Source of the DNA: a virus
Reading direction: 5' to 3' (one strand)
Virus record (IMG/VR): IMGVR_UViG_3300050015_000188
Location: 1 to 31,699 of that record
Length of the DNA: 31,699 nucleotides
Of this stretch, positions 8,230 to 16,609 are shown one piece after another; within the stretch, counting starts at the first letter, position 1; every line of letters begins with the position of its first letter. Below the pieces are notes generated by a model, which was not told where the DNA came from, made no database searches, and saw nothing but the letters and a program-made list of their open reading frames with translations. The translations under genes were made by a program, and so were the position numbers.

Positions 8230-9974
8230 CTTTGGCAACGGAAATATTCAGACTATTTGGATCAGTTTTTGTAAATGAAAAAGACGCAACCGGTTCATTA
8301 AGCAAGATTGACGAAAAAGGCAAAGGTGTTCATAGCACTATGGGTGGAATGGTTGCCGGCGCCGCCAAAGTTGGAATTGGAATCGCAGTAGGGTTAGCGG
8401 GTGGTATAGCTGCAATAGGAGCGATGGTAATGAAGTCAGCTGACGCAGCTGAAGGCATAAAAGTAATGGGCGAAAAGTACGGAATGTCCACTGACAAAAT
8501 TCAAGAAATGCAGTATACATCTAAAAAACTCGGTATTGAAATGGACACATTCACCGGCGCCCAGGGCAAATTTACAAAGGCAATGGCGGCAGGAGAAACA
8601 GCAACAAGTGCCCAGGGAAAAGCATTCAAAGAACTTGGCATACACTTAACCGATAACAAAGGTAACTTGAGAGATAGACAGCAAGTTATGGCTGAATCAA
8701 TTGACGCTCTTGGAAAAATGACAAATGAAACTGAACGTGATGCACTTTCAATGAAACTTTTCGGCAAGTCTGCACTAGAAATGAATCCTATAATCAAGGC
8801 TGGCGGTAAGGCATTAAATGACATGGCAGCGGAAGCACATGCAAACGGCGCAGTAATGAGTGAATCATCTGTAAACGGCCTTGCAAGTTTCAAAGAGAAT
8901 TTTGAAGCTGCAAAACAAGTAGTAACGGGTTTTCTCGGTGAACTAGCGGGAAGTTTATCGCCGTACCTTAAGAAAATGCAAGAATGGTTCACGGAAAATA
9001 TGCCAATGATAAAACAAAAAGTAACGGAAGCATTTGAAAAAATAAAAAGTGTAATAGAACCGTTATTGCCAACTATTGGGGAGCTGATCGGAAGGGGATT
9101 TAATGCATTAGGGAATGTTCTTTTATTTGTTGGCAACCTAATATCAGTAGGAACTCAATTTTATAAAGATCATGCTGATGTTATAAATACCGTTGCGATA
9201 ATCATAGGCTCTTTAGTTGCTGCAATATGGTTAGTAACGACCGCTGTTTCAATATGGACAGGTGTTCAATGGTTATTAAACATTGCCATGGATGCAAACC
9301 CAATAGGACTAATAATTCTTGCAATCGCAGCCTTAATAGCAATTGTGGTCCTACTTGTTATGAATTGGAGTTCAATTATCCCATTTTTCCAAGGACTATG
9401 GGACAATGTTCAAGCCATTTTTTGGGGATTTATAGGGTTTATTCAACAAGCATTTTGGACTGCAGTTGGCAATATTCAGCAATCGTTTTGGGGAATCATA
9501 GGATTTTTCCAAAGTCTTTGGGGCAACATAGTAGGTATTTTTGTTGGCGTAGGACAGGCAATCGGCAACGCTGTCACAGGAGCATTTAAAGGTGCAGTAA
9601 ACACAGTTTTAGGAACTATAGAAGGTGTTATCAACAATTTTATAAACATGATTAACGGAGTCATAGGGGTTATCAAGAACATACCCGGCACCGACGGGCT
9701 TGGGTATATTAACACACTGCAACTTCCAAGACTTGCAAAAGGCGGAAATATAACAGAAGGCGGACGTGTTGTAGTGGGTGACGGTGGAAACGGCAGCGGA
9801 ACCGAGATAGTTGATTTGCCAAAAGGGGCAAGAGTAACACCACTCGGCAGGGAATCAAATCAATCCGGTATGCCGGCAATAATTATTAACTATCCAATGT
9901 TACTGAATGACCAAGCAGTTGATGAACTAGGCAATCTAATAACAAAACATTTGAGATTATCGGGGGCAATGTAA
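8226..9974 (+). CDS. Tail tape measure protein
   Basis: 582 aa with an alpha-helical N-terminal half, central hydrophobic/TM-like segments and W/F periodic repeats. Start is TTG 8226 or, with better spacing to GAGGTGA, TTG 8232. Confidence 0.88.
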   Translation: MTLATEIFRLFGSVFVNEKDATGSLSKIDEKGKGVHSTMGGMVAGAAKVGIGIAVGLAGGIAAIGAMVMKSADAAEGIKVMGEKYGMSTDKIQEMQYTSKKLGIEMDTFTGAQGKFTKAMAAGETATSAQGKAFKELGIHLTDNKGNLRDRQQVMAESIDALGKMTNETERDALSMKLFGKSALEMNPIIKAGGKALNDMAAEAHANGAVMSESSVNGLASFKENFEAAKQVVTGFLGELAGSLSPYLKKMQEWFTENMPMIKQKVTEAFEKIKSVIEPLLPTIGELIGRGFNALGNVLLFVGNLISVGTQFYKDHADVINTVAIIIGSLVAAIWLVTTAVSIWTGVQWLLNIAMDANPIGLIILAIAALIAIVVLLVMNWSSIIPFFQGLWDNVQAIFWGFIGFIQQAFWTAVGNIQQSFWGIIGFFQSLWGNIVGIFVGVGQAIGNAVTGAFKGAVNTVLGTIEGVINNFINMINGVIGVIKNIPGTDGLGYINTLQLPRLAKGGNITEGGRVVVGDGGNGSGTEIVDLPKGARVTPLGRESNQSGMPAIIINYPMLLNDQAVDELGNLITKHLRLSGAM

Positions 9975-11936
9975 ATGAGATCGATTAAAATAAATAACAC
10001 AACATTACCCTACGGTTATCTCAAATCTTGGAGCATCTCAGACAAAATCAACACCAATTCAACCATGTCATTTGCGATCAATGACCTTAAAAAAGCAGGT
10101 TTTACACTTAATGTTGGCGACGGCATGCCAGTTGAACTTTGGAACTGCTACGGATTACCTAATCTAATCCCCGCTTCAAATGACTTTACAGTGAATTGGG
10201 GAGAACGAAATGGGTCCGCCATAGTAGTATCCAATCTCGGCGACCAAAGAGGATTAAATAACGCAACTGAACTGTCATTTGTTGCAAATAATTGGAAAGA
10301 TGACATGGCAAGGGTCATTACAGGGCTAACAGTTGGAGAAACATATATTATCAGTTTCTTTGCCAAAGTTGGAACAGCAAGTAATTTCGTTATGTCATTA
10401 GAAAATGGATCCGGTGTTGGATGGAATTATCTGACAAATGGCCAAATAGTAGTTACCTCGCCCGCTTGGCAAAAATATTCAAAGGCATTTGTAGCACCAA
10501 GCACTGGGAAAGTTGCTATATTTTTCGGCAGCAATGCGTTAAGCGGAGGTGTAAATCAAACTTCAGGCACGACCTATATTGCCTATCTTAAACTGGAATT
10601 AGGCAGCTGTGCCACTGATTGGATTCCACATATGGCCGACATTGATTTAGATAACCCAGACAAATTATTTGCCGGCATAATAAACCAACCGGAAAAGTCA
10701 GAAACCATGCCGGGTTTCATTGAGTACAATATCTCGGCATCAGACAACACCGCCATTGCCAACAGGCGAAGAGTTGCAGCCACAACTGAATGGCATCATT
10801 GTGATGTCATTATAAATGACTACATTTTGCAGACATTAGAACAAGAGGGAATCACTGCCGGCATAATAAGACAAGGTGCATTGGTATCAAAGGCAACATT
10901 CAACTACTGCACAGTAGCAGAGGCTATGAAACAACTCTGTGACCTATCAAGTTTTAACTGGTATATAGATGTAGACAAAAAGTTGAACTTTATGCCAAAC
11001 AACGAAATAGAATCGCCGTGGACATTAGATGATTCAGTACAACATAATGTATTTCAACAAAAACAAAGCTCAATCCAATACCGAAATACTCAATATGTTA
11101 AGGCAGGCAAGACAGAAACTGCGCTTCAGGAGCTTGAATACACCTCACCACAGCCTGACGGAACAGCAAAAGCCTTTACTTTGCGTTTTCCGGTAGCAAA
11201 AAAACCTCAACTATTCAATAACTCAGGCGAAATTGACCCAGGAACAATAGGAGTTGACGGAATAGACAAGGAAAAAGCCTTCTATTTCACTTTCGGGAGT
11301 CCGATTATCACATGTGATGCCGCACCGGACAATGGCAGTGGGTTACAAGCAACATATACCGGGCTGCGTAATCTATTTACCAAGGCAGAAGACCTTATTT
11401 CTATAGCAAACAGAGCAGAGAAAGAAGGTTCAGGCAGCGGAAGATACGAAGCAATTGATATTAAGGAAGATTTGGTGACACAACAATCAGTTCAAGACTT
11501 CGCATCATCACAATTGTACAAATATAAACAGATTGAAGACAAAATTTCATTCAAAACAGAAAAACCCGGATTAAGAGCGGGACAATTACTGCCTGTAATA
11601 AAGCCATTATTCGGAATTAATGAAAAATTTCTTGTTGAATCAGTGGGAATTGTTCCAATCGATGCCAATACTATCGAATATTCTATAAATGCACTTAACG
11701 GAATCAGTCTAGGAGGTTGGGAAACGTACTTTAAAAAGATTATTGGAGACAGTCAGGCAGGTTCAATTAGCCCGGATGATGTGATAGTTGAATATAAAGA
11801 CCTATCTGAAGACATAAAAACATCAACAAACTACACATATTCCCGGATAGCAGATCTAAAATGCGGAACATCAGTAAAATGCGACACGGATTTATATCCG
11901 GGATCATACACGAAAGCGGGTAATTTAAATGAATAA
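9975..11936 (+). CDS. Tail-tip/baseplate hub-like protein (Dit/Tal-like) with inserted CBM-like jelly-roll domain
   Basis: 653 aa directly after the tape measure. LFAGIINQPE and LCDLSSFNWYIDVDKKLNFMP resemble hub (gp27/gpD-like) signatures. Residues ~60-225 end in YLKLELGSCATDWIP, typical of carbohydrate-binding insertions in Gram-positive phage tail proteins. Confidence 0.6.
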   Translation: MRSIKINNTTLPYGYLKSWSISDKINTNSTMSFAINDLKKAGFTLNVGDGMPVELWNCYGLPNLIPASNDFTVNWGERNGSAIVVSNLGDQRGLNNATELSFVANNWKDDMARVITGLTVGETYIISFFAKVGTASNFVMSLENGSGVGWNYLTNGQIVVTSPAWQKYSKAFVAPSTGKVAIFFGSNALSGGVNQTSGTTYIAYLKLELGSCATDWIPHMADIDLDNPDKLFAGIINQPEKSETMPGFIEYNISASDNTAIANRRRVAATTEWHHCDVIINDYILQTLEQEGITAGIIRQGALVSKATFNYCTVAEAMKQLCDLSSFNWYIDVDKKLNFMPNNEIESPWTLDDSVQHNVFQQKQSSIQYRNTQYVKAGKTETALQELEYTSPQPDGTAKAFTLRFPVAKKPQLFNNSGEIDPGTIGVDGIDKEKAFYFTFGSPIITCDAAPDNGSGLQATYTGLRNLFTKAEDLISIANRAEKEGSGSGRYEAIDIKEDLVTQQSVQDFASSQLYKYKQIEDKISFKTEKPGLRAGQLLPVIKPLFGINEKFLVESVGIVPIDANTIEYSINALNGISLGGWETYFKKIIGDSQAGSISPDDVIVEYKDLSEDIKTSTNYTYSRIADLKCGTSVKCDTDLYPGSYTKAGNLNE

Positions 11937-12393
11937 TTTAGAAAAACATCAGGGAATTTGGCATGTATATCGCAATGGCGAACTATTTGATGTTGTAAAA
12001 AACAAAATAACAGATCTTGCACTCAATAACCTGATTGCTGCACTGTACACGACACCGGTGAAAATGAATATAAAATATCTTGCTATTGGCAATTCCTCAA
12101 CACCGGACAATGGTACGGCCGGCAAACTCGGGAACGAAATATTCAGAACCGCCTTTACTACAACACCAAACAAAGTATCAACCGGAAAGGTAGTGTCGGG
12201 GTTTACTATATTAGCAAGCGAAGCAATTGGAACGTGGGAAGAGATCGGACTATACGGTGACGGAGATTCTCCACATCAAGCAACATCAACAGTGGATTCA
12301 GGTCTATTAATAAGCCGGATATTGTGGCACCACAGCAAAAACAGTAGTGAAGAATTTACGTTTGTTAGAACAGATCAGATTGTGAGGGGATAA
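11929..12393 (+). CDS. Tail-associated protein of unknown function
   Basis: 154 aa, overlaps the upstream stop, in tail module synteny. No family recognised. Confidence 0.55.
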   Translation: MNNLEKHQGIWHVYRNGELFDVVKNKITDLALNNLIAALYTTPVKMNIKYLAIGNSSTPDNGTAGKLGNEIFRTAFTTTPNKVSTGKVVSGFTILASEAIGTWEEIGLYGDGDSPHQATSTVDSGLLISRILWHHSKNSSEEFTFVRTDQIVRG

Positions 12394-12396
12394 AAA

Positions 12397-12942
12397 ATGG
12401 CATATACAAAAACAGTCCATACTGATGGAGTAACACCGTTGGATGCAGCAAACGAAAATCATAAAGAACAGGGGATTTATGATGCTCATGCTGCGGCGGC
12501 AACAGCAGACACAAAAGCTGTAAATGCTCAAAATTCCGCAAACTCCGCTGCTCTTGTAATAGACAACCACGACTCAAATATCGAAAATCCCCACAAAGTT
12601 ACATGTGAACAAGTTGGATTTCATTATGCAACCTATGTGGGCCTAAATGGAACAACCGCACAATATCATTTTGATATTCGAATTATGAGAAAACCCACAC
12701 TCGGACAAAATCTTTTTATGGGGATAATCACATTTGGAGATGATTATCCATATGACGGAACCGCGGAACCGGTAATCCGAATTACCGAAGCCGTTACGAA
12801 CGATAGTGTGGGAGATTTTACCTGTAAAGCAATGACCGGAGAAAACTTGAGTACCACCACTGCCTTCATAGCAGAATATACACATTTAGTATATTTTAAC
12901 AATTTAAATCATACAGCAATATTCCTAAATATTAGGGAATAA
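12397..12942 (+). CDS. Short tail-fibre-like protein
   Basis: 181 aa. GVTPLDAANENHKEQGIYD and NIENPHKVTCEQVG resemble N-terminal motifs shared by many phage fibre proteins. Confidence 0.5.
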   Translation: MAYTKTVHTDGVTPLDAANENHKEQGIYDAHAAAATADTKAVNAQNSANSAALVIDNHDSNIENPHKVTCEQVGFHYATYVGLNGTTAQYHFDIRIMRKPTLGQNLFMGIITFGDDYPYDGTAEPVIRITEAVTNDSVGDFTCKAMTGENLSTTTAFIAEYTHLVYFNNLNHTAIFLNIRE

Positions 12943-12944
12943 CA

Positions 12945-13370
12945 ATGAACATATCTCGACAATTCCGCAAGGAATACAAGGCAAGGGAAAAACTGTGTAA
13001 GCAAATAAAAAAACTTGAGGGAGATAATAACATGGGAGACAAGACAATCGAACAGATCGTAGCAGAAACGATGGAAAAATCAACAGAGAGAACAGCACAA
13101 TTATTGGCGGAGGGAGCAGTTGCTGCAGCAAAGGTTTTAGCAGAAGCCAATTCTGATAATGGAGTGCAAATTGCAGTACTGCAAACAAATGTGAATAATT
13201 TACAGTGCCAACTCGAAGCGGTAGAGAAAAAAACAGACAGTATATTTGCAAAACTCGAAGATATTATTAAAGGTCGACCAACTTGGGCGGTTGCTGGGTC
13301 TCTTGCATTCATGGGTACATTATGTGGCATCTTAGCGACGGCCTTGGCAATGGTATTAATTAATAAATAG
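12945..13370 (+). CDS. XhlA-like lysis-associated membrane protein (coiled coil plus C-terminal TM)
   Basis: 141 aa. Coiled coil VLQTNVNNLQCQLEAVEKKTDSIFAKLEDI is followed by TM WAVAGSLAFMGTLCGILATALAMVLI. Located immediately before the holin. An alternative start is ATG 13032. Confidence 0.5.
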   Translation: MNISRQFRKEYKAREKLCKQIKKLEGDNNMGDKTIEQIVAETMEKSTERTAQLLAEGAVAAAKVLAEANSDNGVQIAVLQTNVNNLQCQLEAVEKKTDSIFAKLEDIIKGRPTWAVAGSLAFMGTLCGILATALAMVLINK

Positions 13371-13385
13371 GGAGGAGGAAAGATC

Positions 13386-13568
13386 ATGCAAAATCGATTT
13401 AGAAGTCCGGTAGTATGGGGAGCGACAGCAGCAGTTGTTGGTGCACAGTTGGTAGCATTATCACAAACTGTTCCACTAACAGGCTGGAGTATCGCGATCG
13501 CAGTAACGACCGTGGTAGTAGCATTCTTTGCTGCGCTTAACAATCCCGAAAATAAAGACGGAGTATAG
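13386..13568 (+). CDS. Holin (small, two hydrophobic segments, charged C-terminus)
   Basis: 60 aa, GGAGGAGG RBS, two TM-like segments, located directly before the endolysin. Confidence 0.7.
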   Translation: MQNRFRSPVVWGATAAVVGAQLVALSQTVPLTGWSIAIAVTTVVVAFFAALNNPENKDGV

Positions 13569-13578
13569 GAGAAAAAGA

Positions 13579-14580
13579 ATGGACATTCAAAACAAATTTA
13601 TAAACCTATGTAGTAAATACAATCTGACGATTCAATTTGATTGGATTGAACCAAACCCATATTCAAGACCTCAGATTCCATTGAAGAAGATATTAAAGAT
13701 TGCATGGCACTGGACTGGCAACCCGAATACGACAGGAATTAACAACGCCAATTACTTCAAGAATCTGAAGAACACGCACACAACGTATGCTTCACCACAT
13801 TTTGTTGTTGGTCTTCAAGGTGAGTTAATCCAGTGTGTCCCACTGAATGAAGAGGCATACACCACCAATCAAGCAAACAGTTACTCGGTTGGAATAGAAG
13901 ATTGCATACCGACGGCAGACGGACATTTTAACCCAGCGACACTGCAGACGATGATATTGTTAGGAGCGGTATTAAATGAGTTATGTGGACTGAATCCCAT
14001 GAATGACAATATCAGACACTATGACGTAACCGGTAAGGTATGTCCTAAGTGGTTCGTAGATAACGCAGCAGACTGGATAGTATTCAAGCAAGCAATAGCG
14101 GACAAAATGTGGTCCGTTAATCATAGGGCAGAACCACCGCCTGTAGTAGTTCCGCCAGCAGTTGTAATTGAACCACCAAAAAATTCGGAGGTATATGAAA
14201 TCATGGCTAATACATTTAAGGAATTAATTATCCAGTACGGCGAAGCAGCAGTAGTCGGAGGAGTAGAGCAAGTTATTAAAGCGCAACAGTTTGGGAAATC
14301 ACTTGATAGCGGAACTACATTCCTGAAATTAAATGGTTATATAACCAGCGACCATAATCCAGATGAACTCATGACAGTTGCAGAGTTTGGTGTTATGGAA
14401 CGTAATAAACTAACTGCAATAGATCAGTTACCAGAATCAGGTTGGGCAGCCGCAGCAATGGCAAAGGCGAAATCAAGTGGATTACTTAAAGGCGATGAAC
14501 ATGGAAATCTCTTACCTAAGAAAAATATAACAAGAGAAGAGTTTGCACAAGCACTTAGCAATATTGGTTTAATAAAATAG
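13579..14580 (+). CDS. Endolysin: N-acetylmuramoyl-L-alanine amidase (Amidase_2/PGRP-like) with Pro-rich linker and SLH-like C-terminal repeats
   Basis: IAWHWTGNPNT, HFVVG, GIEDC and HYDVTGKVCPKWF amidase motifs. Linker AEPPPVVVPPAVVIEPP. C-terminus SGWAAAAMAKAKSSGLLKGDEHGNLLPKKNITREEFAQAL is SLH-like. ATG 13579 has an AGGAG RBS, so the ORF track start at 13528 is unlikely. Confidence 0.85.
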   Translation: MDIQNKFINLCSKYNLTIQFDWIEPNPYSRPQIPLKKILKIAWHWTGNPNTTGINNANYFKNLKNTHTTYASPHFVVGLQGELIQCVPLNEEAYTTNQANSYSVGIEDCIPTADGHFNPATLQTMILLGAVLNELCGLNPMNDNIRHYDVTGKVCPKWFVDNAADWIVFKQAIADKMWSVNHRAEPPPVVVPPAVVIEPPKNSEVYEIMANTFKELIIQYGEAAVVGGVEQVIKAQQFGKSLDSGTTFLKLNGYITSDHNPDELMTVAEFGVMERNKLTAIDQLPESGWAAAAMAKAKSSGLLKGDEHGNLLPKKNITREEFAQALSNIGLIK

Positions 14581-14593
14581 ATGGAGGCACCTC

Positions 14594-16090
14594 ATGATTA
14601 AAATTAACATAATGGGTCAAGCAGCTCTCAAAATCAACTTTCCAAAACTCGTATCAGGTGCAATCAAGTTTGTCAAAGCAGAGTTCACATTTGACGACTC
14701 TTGGGATGGCCTTAATTTAACGTATCAATTTACCAACGGAACGGTGACAAAAAATAGGGTTACAAACGAAACAACGATTGATGTTCCCCATGAAGTAATG
14801 ATACCCGGAACGCTTACAGTAAAAGTCATCGGAACGCAACTGAATGAAGCGGGAAATATAATTGTCACAAAAGGCACAATGCTTCCTCTTGAATATGATG
14901 TTACCGATAGTGGAATTGTTGATAATGCCGAAGATAGTGAAGACCCAACCCCAACTGTAACAGAACAGATAAGGAATATTGCCACAAATGCCGAAGAAAT
15001 TGCTCAAGGTGTTAGAGAAGATGCGGATGCCGGAGTATTTAATGGCAAAGATGGAGCAGATGGTACAAATGGTACAAATGGTACAAACGGTACAAACGGA
15101 GCAGACGGTACTAATGGAATTGATGGAGAAGATTACATTTTAACAGGACAAGATAAAGAGGATATTGCAGTTTTAACAGCGCCACTTGTTGAAATACCAA
15201 CATCAATAACCGAACGATTAACAGCAATAGAAAATAAAGAACTAAATAAGCAACAATATATTCAATGTTCAGGTAATTTTTCATATTCACAACCACCATG
15301 TCTAAACGTAACCCAAGATTCGCAATTCATAATTACTTGCAATCAAAGAAGTATGATATCTCAAGGAATTGCAAATAATTATTTTATATTTCCATTAGGT
15401 GTAGATGAGTTGGCATATGGTTTTGAAATTTGGGGTGATATTACATTTTTAGATTTATCAAGTTGTGCAGGATTAACAGCAGTTTCTTGTGTAAATTTAA
15501 CCATACTTGATTTTATAAATTGTCAGATAAATACAAATGAGCATCTTTCATTAGATACAGCACCAAACATCACATCATTTCATGCCACTTTCAAAAATTT
15601 AGTGAATTTACAAGTCTGTCCTAAACTTGTTACGCTCGATGTAGGCGGGTTAGGTGAAGGTGGATTAACAAACTATGCAAAACCAACTTTAATATATGTA
15701 AGTATTTTCGATATGACAAATCAAACTTGGGATTTTACAGGTTGTACATTACTCAGTTTAATTTCTTTTCATGATACATACGCTTCAATAGGTAATATAA
15801 TATTAAGTGATAGTCCTTTATTGACAGAGTTAGATTTATCAAATTTGAGTAGCCTTGAAGTATTAGCACTCGCACAATTTGCAAATGTACCAACAGGTGA
15901 TACAGGCTTCAAAGCTTTGAATATATTGAACACAAATTTATCACAGGAATATATTTTAGCGAGTATAGTACCAAAGTTACCAACAAGAAACGCAACAAGT
16001 TACGGAACATTAACAATATCGAGCGATGCAGATGGACTAATAGCAACAGAACTCGCTTCAAAGTATTGGAATGTTGTGTTACCAAACTAA
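14594..16090 (+). CDS. Collagen-like (G-X-Y)10 stalk protein with C-terminal leucine-rich-repeat domain (candidate fibre/adhesin)
   Basis: 498 aa, GGAGG RBS 13 nt after the endolysin stop. GKDGADGTNGTNGTNGTNGADGTNGIDGED spans aa 151-180. LRR-like LxxLxLxxC/N repeats run from about aa 270 to 470. Confidence 0.8.
   Translation: MIKINIMGQAALKINFPKLVSGAIKFVKAEFTFDDSWDGLNLTYQFTNGTVTKNRVTNETTIDVPHEVMIPGTLTVKVIGTQLNEAGNIIVTKGTMLPLEYDVTDSGIVDNAEDSEDPTPTVTEQIRNIATNAEEIAQGVREDADAGVFNGKDGADGTNGTNGTNGTNGADGTNGIDGEDYILTGQDKEDIAVLTAPLVEIPTSITERLTAIENKELNKQQYIQCSGNFSYSQPPCLNVTQDSQFIITCNQRSMISQGIANNYFIFPLGVDELAYGFEIWGDITFLDLSSCAGLTAVSCVNLTILDFINCQINTNEHLSLDTAPNITSFHATFKNLVNLQVCPKLVTLDVGGLGEGGLTNYAKPTLIYVSIFDMTNQTWDFTGCTLLSLISFHDTYASIGNIILSDSPLLTELDLSNLSSLEVLALAQFANVPTGDTGFKALNILNTNLSQEYILASIVPKLPTRNATSYGTLTISSDADGLIATELASKYWNVVLPN
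15062..15097 (+). repeat. Tandem 9-bp repeat GGTACAAAY x4 inside the collagen-like coding tract (15044-15133)
   Basis: The sequence reads GGTACAAAT GGTACAAAT GGTACAAAC GGTACAAAC, encoding GTN x4. Confidence 0.95.
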
Positions 16091-16119
16091 TTAGATTGTA
16101 ATTATATCCGGATAAAAAT

Positions 16120-16146
16120 AAGCCCCTTAACTGGGGCTTTTTTTGT
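16120..16146. terminator. Bidirectional rho-independent terminator
   Basis: Stem AAGCCCC / GGGGCTT (7 bp, 6-nt loop) is followed by a T7 run on + and preceded by an A-rich run (T-rich on -). It lies between the convergent genes ending at 16090 (+) and 16201 (-). Confidence 0.85.
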
Positions 16147-16200
16147 TGCTCTAAATGATACTCTGTATGGTTGGAAATAACTGTGAAGCTGTGAAAGAGC

Positions 16201-16434
16201 CTATATAGGCCATTTATTACCGCAGTACTGACATAGCGCAATTGTACGGTTATCAAATGCAACTCTCCCCGATTCTTTTCTTTTGCCTATAATTAGCCAA
16301 AGACCACCTGTGCAGACTATCAGACAAAATCTACCAATAGAATACAGACAGCCGGCTTTCCTTATTTTTGTTTTGCCTCCAACTTGCTCTGTGGTGATTA
16401 TCACATTTTCACTCCCACATTTTGAGCATATCAT
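16201..16434 (-). CDS. Small zinc-ribbon-like protein with central hydrophobic segment (moron)
   Basis: 77 aa. CSKC at the N-terminus and CQYC at the C-terminus flank LYSIGRFCLIVCTGGLWLIIG. Has its own promoter and GAGG RBS and ends at the bidirectional terminator. Confidence 0.6.
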   Translation of the reverse strand: MICSKCGSENVIITTEQVGGKTKIRKAGCLYSIGRFCLIVCTGGLWLIIGKRKESGRVAFDNRTIALCQYCGNKWPI

Positions 16435-16464
16435 ATTATTTACCTCATTTCGTTATTTTCCAAA

Positions 16465-16493
16465 AGTCTACCATTTTGATTTTAAATTGTCAA
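16465..16493 (-). promoter_or_regulatory. Sigma-A-type promoter for the 16434-16201 gene
   Basis: The minus strand reads TTGACA, 17 nt, then TGgTAGACT (extended -10). It sits about 30 nt upstream of the start codon. Confidence 0.6.
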
Positions 16494-16529
16494 ATAGTTA
16501 TAAATAATTTGTAAAATCAACATGTAGTG

Positions 16530-16558
16530 TTGCAAGGGCAATTTCAAAGTGATATCAT
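16530..16558 (+). promoter_or_regulatory. Sigma-A-type promoter facing the 48-codon ORF
   Basis: TTGCAA, 17 nt, then TGaTATCAT (extended -10). It is divergent from the promoter at 16465-16493. Confidence 0.5.
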
Positions 16559-16609
16559 TTTCCCATAAAGAACGTATGTTCTACAAAATGATAAGGACAG
16601 GTGACGGAA

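Noticed and set aside
8501-9136. Long antisense ORFs such as 8501-9136 (211 aa), 12932-13543 (203 aa), 4036-4395, 594-902 and 7471-7758.
   Set aside because: They lie entirely inside strongly supported + strand structural genes. Their translations are low-complexity (Ser/Leu/Phe/Ala-rich) and they have no RBS. They look like typical shadow ORFs.
9227-9589. 120-aa + strand ORF in an alternative frame inside the tape measure gene. Similar alt-frame ORFs occur at 4215-4505, 6374-6556, 22693-22920, 25114-25332 and 25389-25607.
   Set aside because: They overlap well-supported genes out of frame, have odd composition (Cys/Arg-rich) and have no independent translation signals.
15044-15133. Tandem repeats considered as a CRISPR array or non-coding VNTR.
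   Set aside because: The units are 9 bp, contiguous without spacers and in frame, and they encode Gly-X-Y collagen triplets. No CRISPR-like repeat/spacer architecture occurs anywhere in the window.
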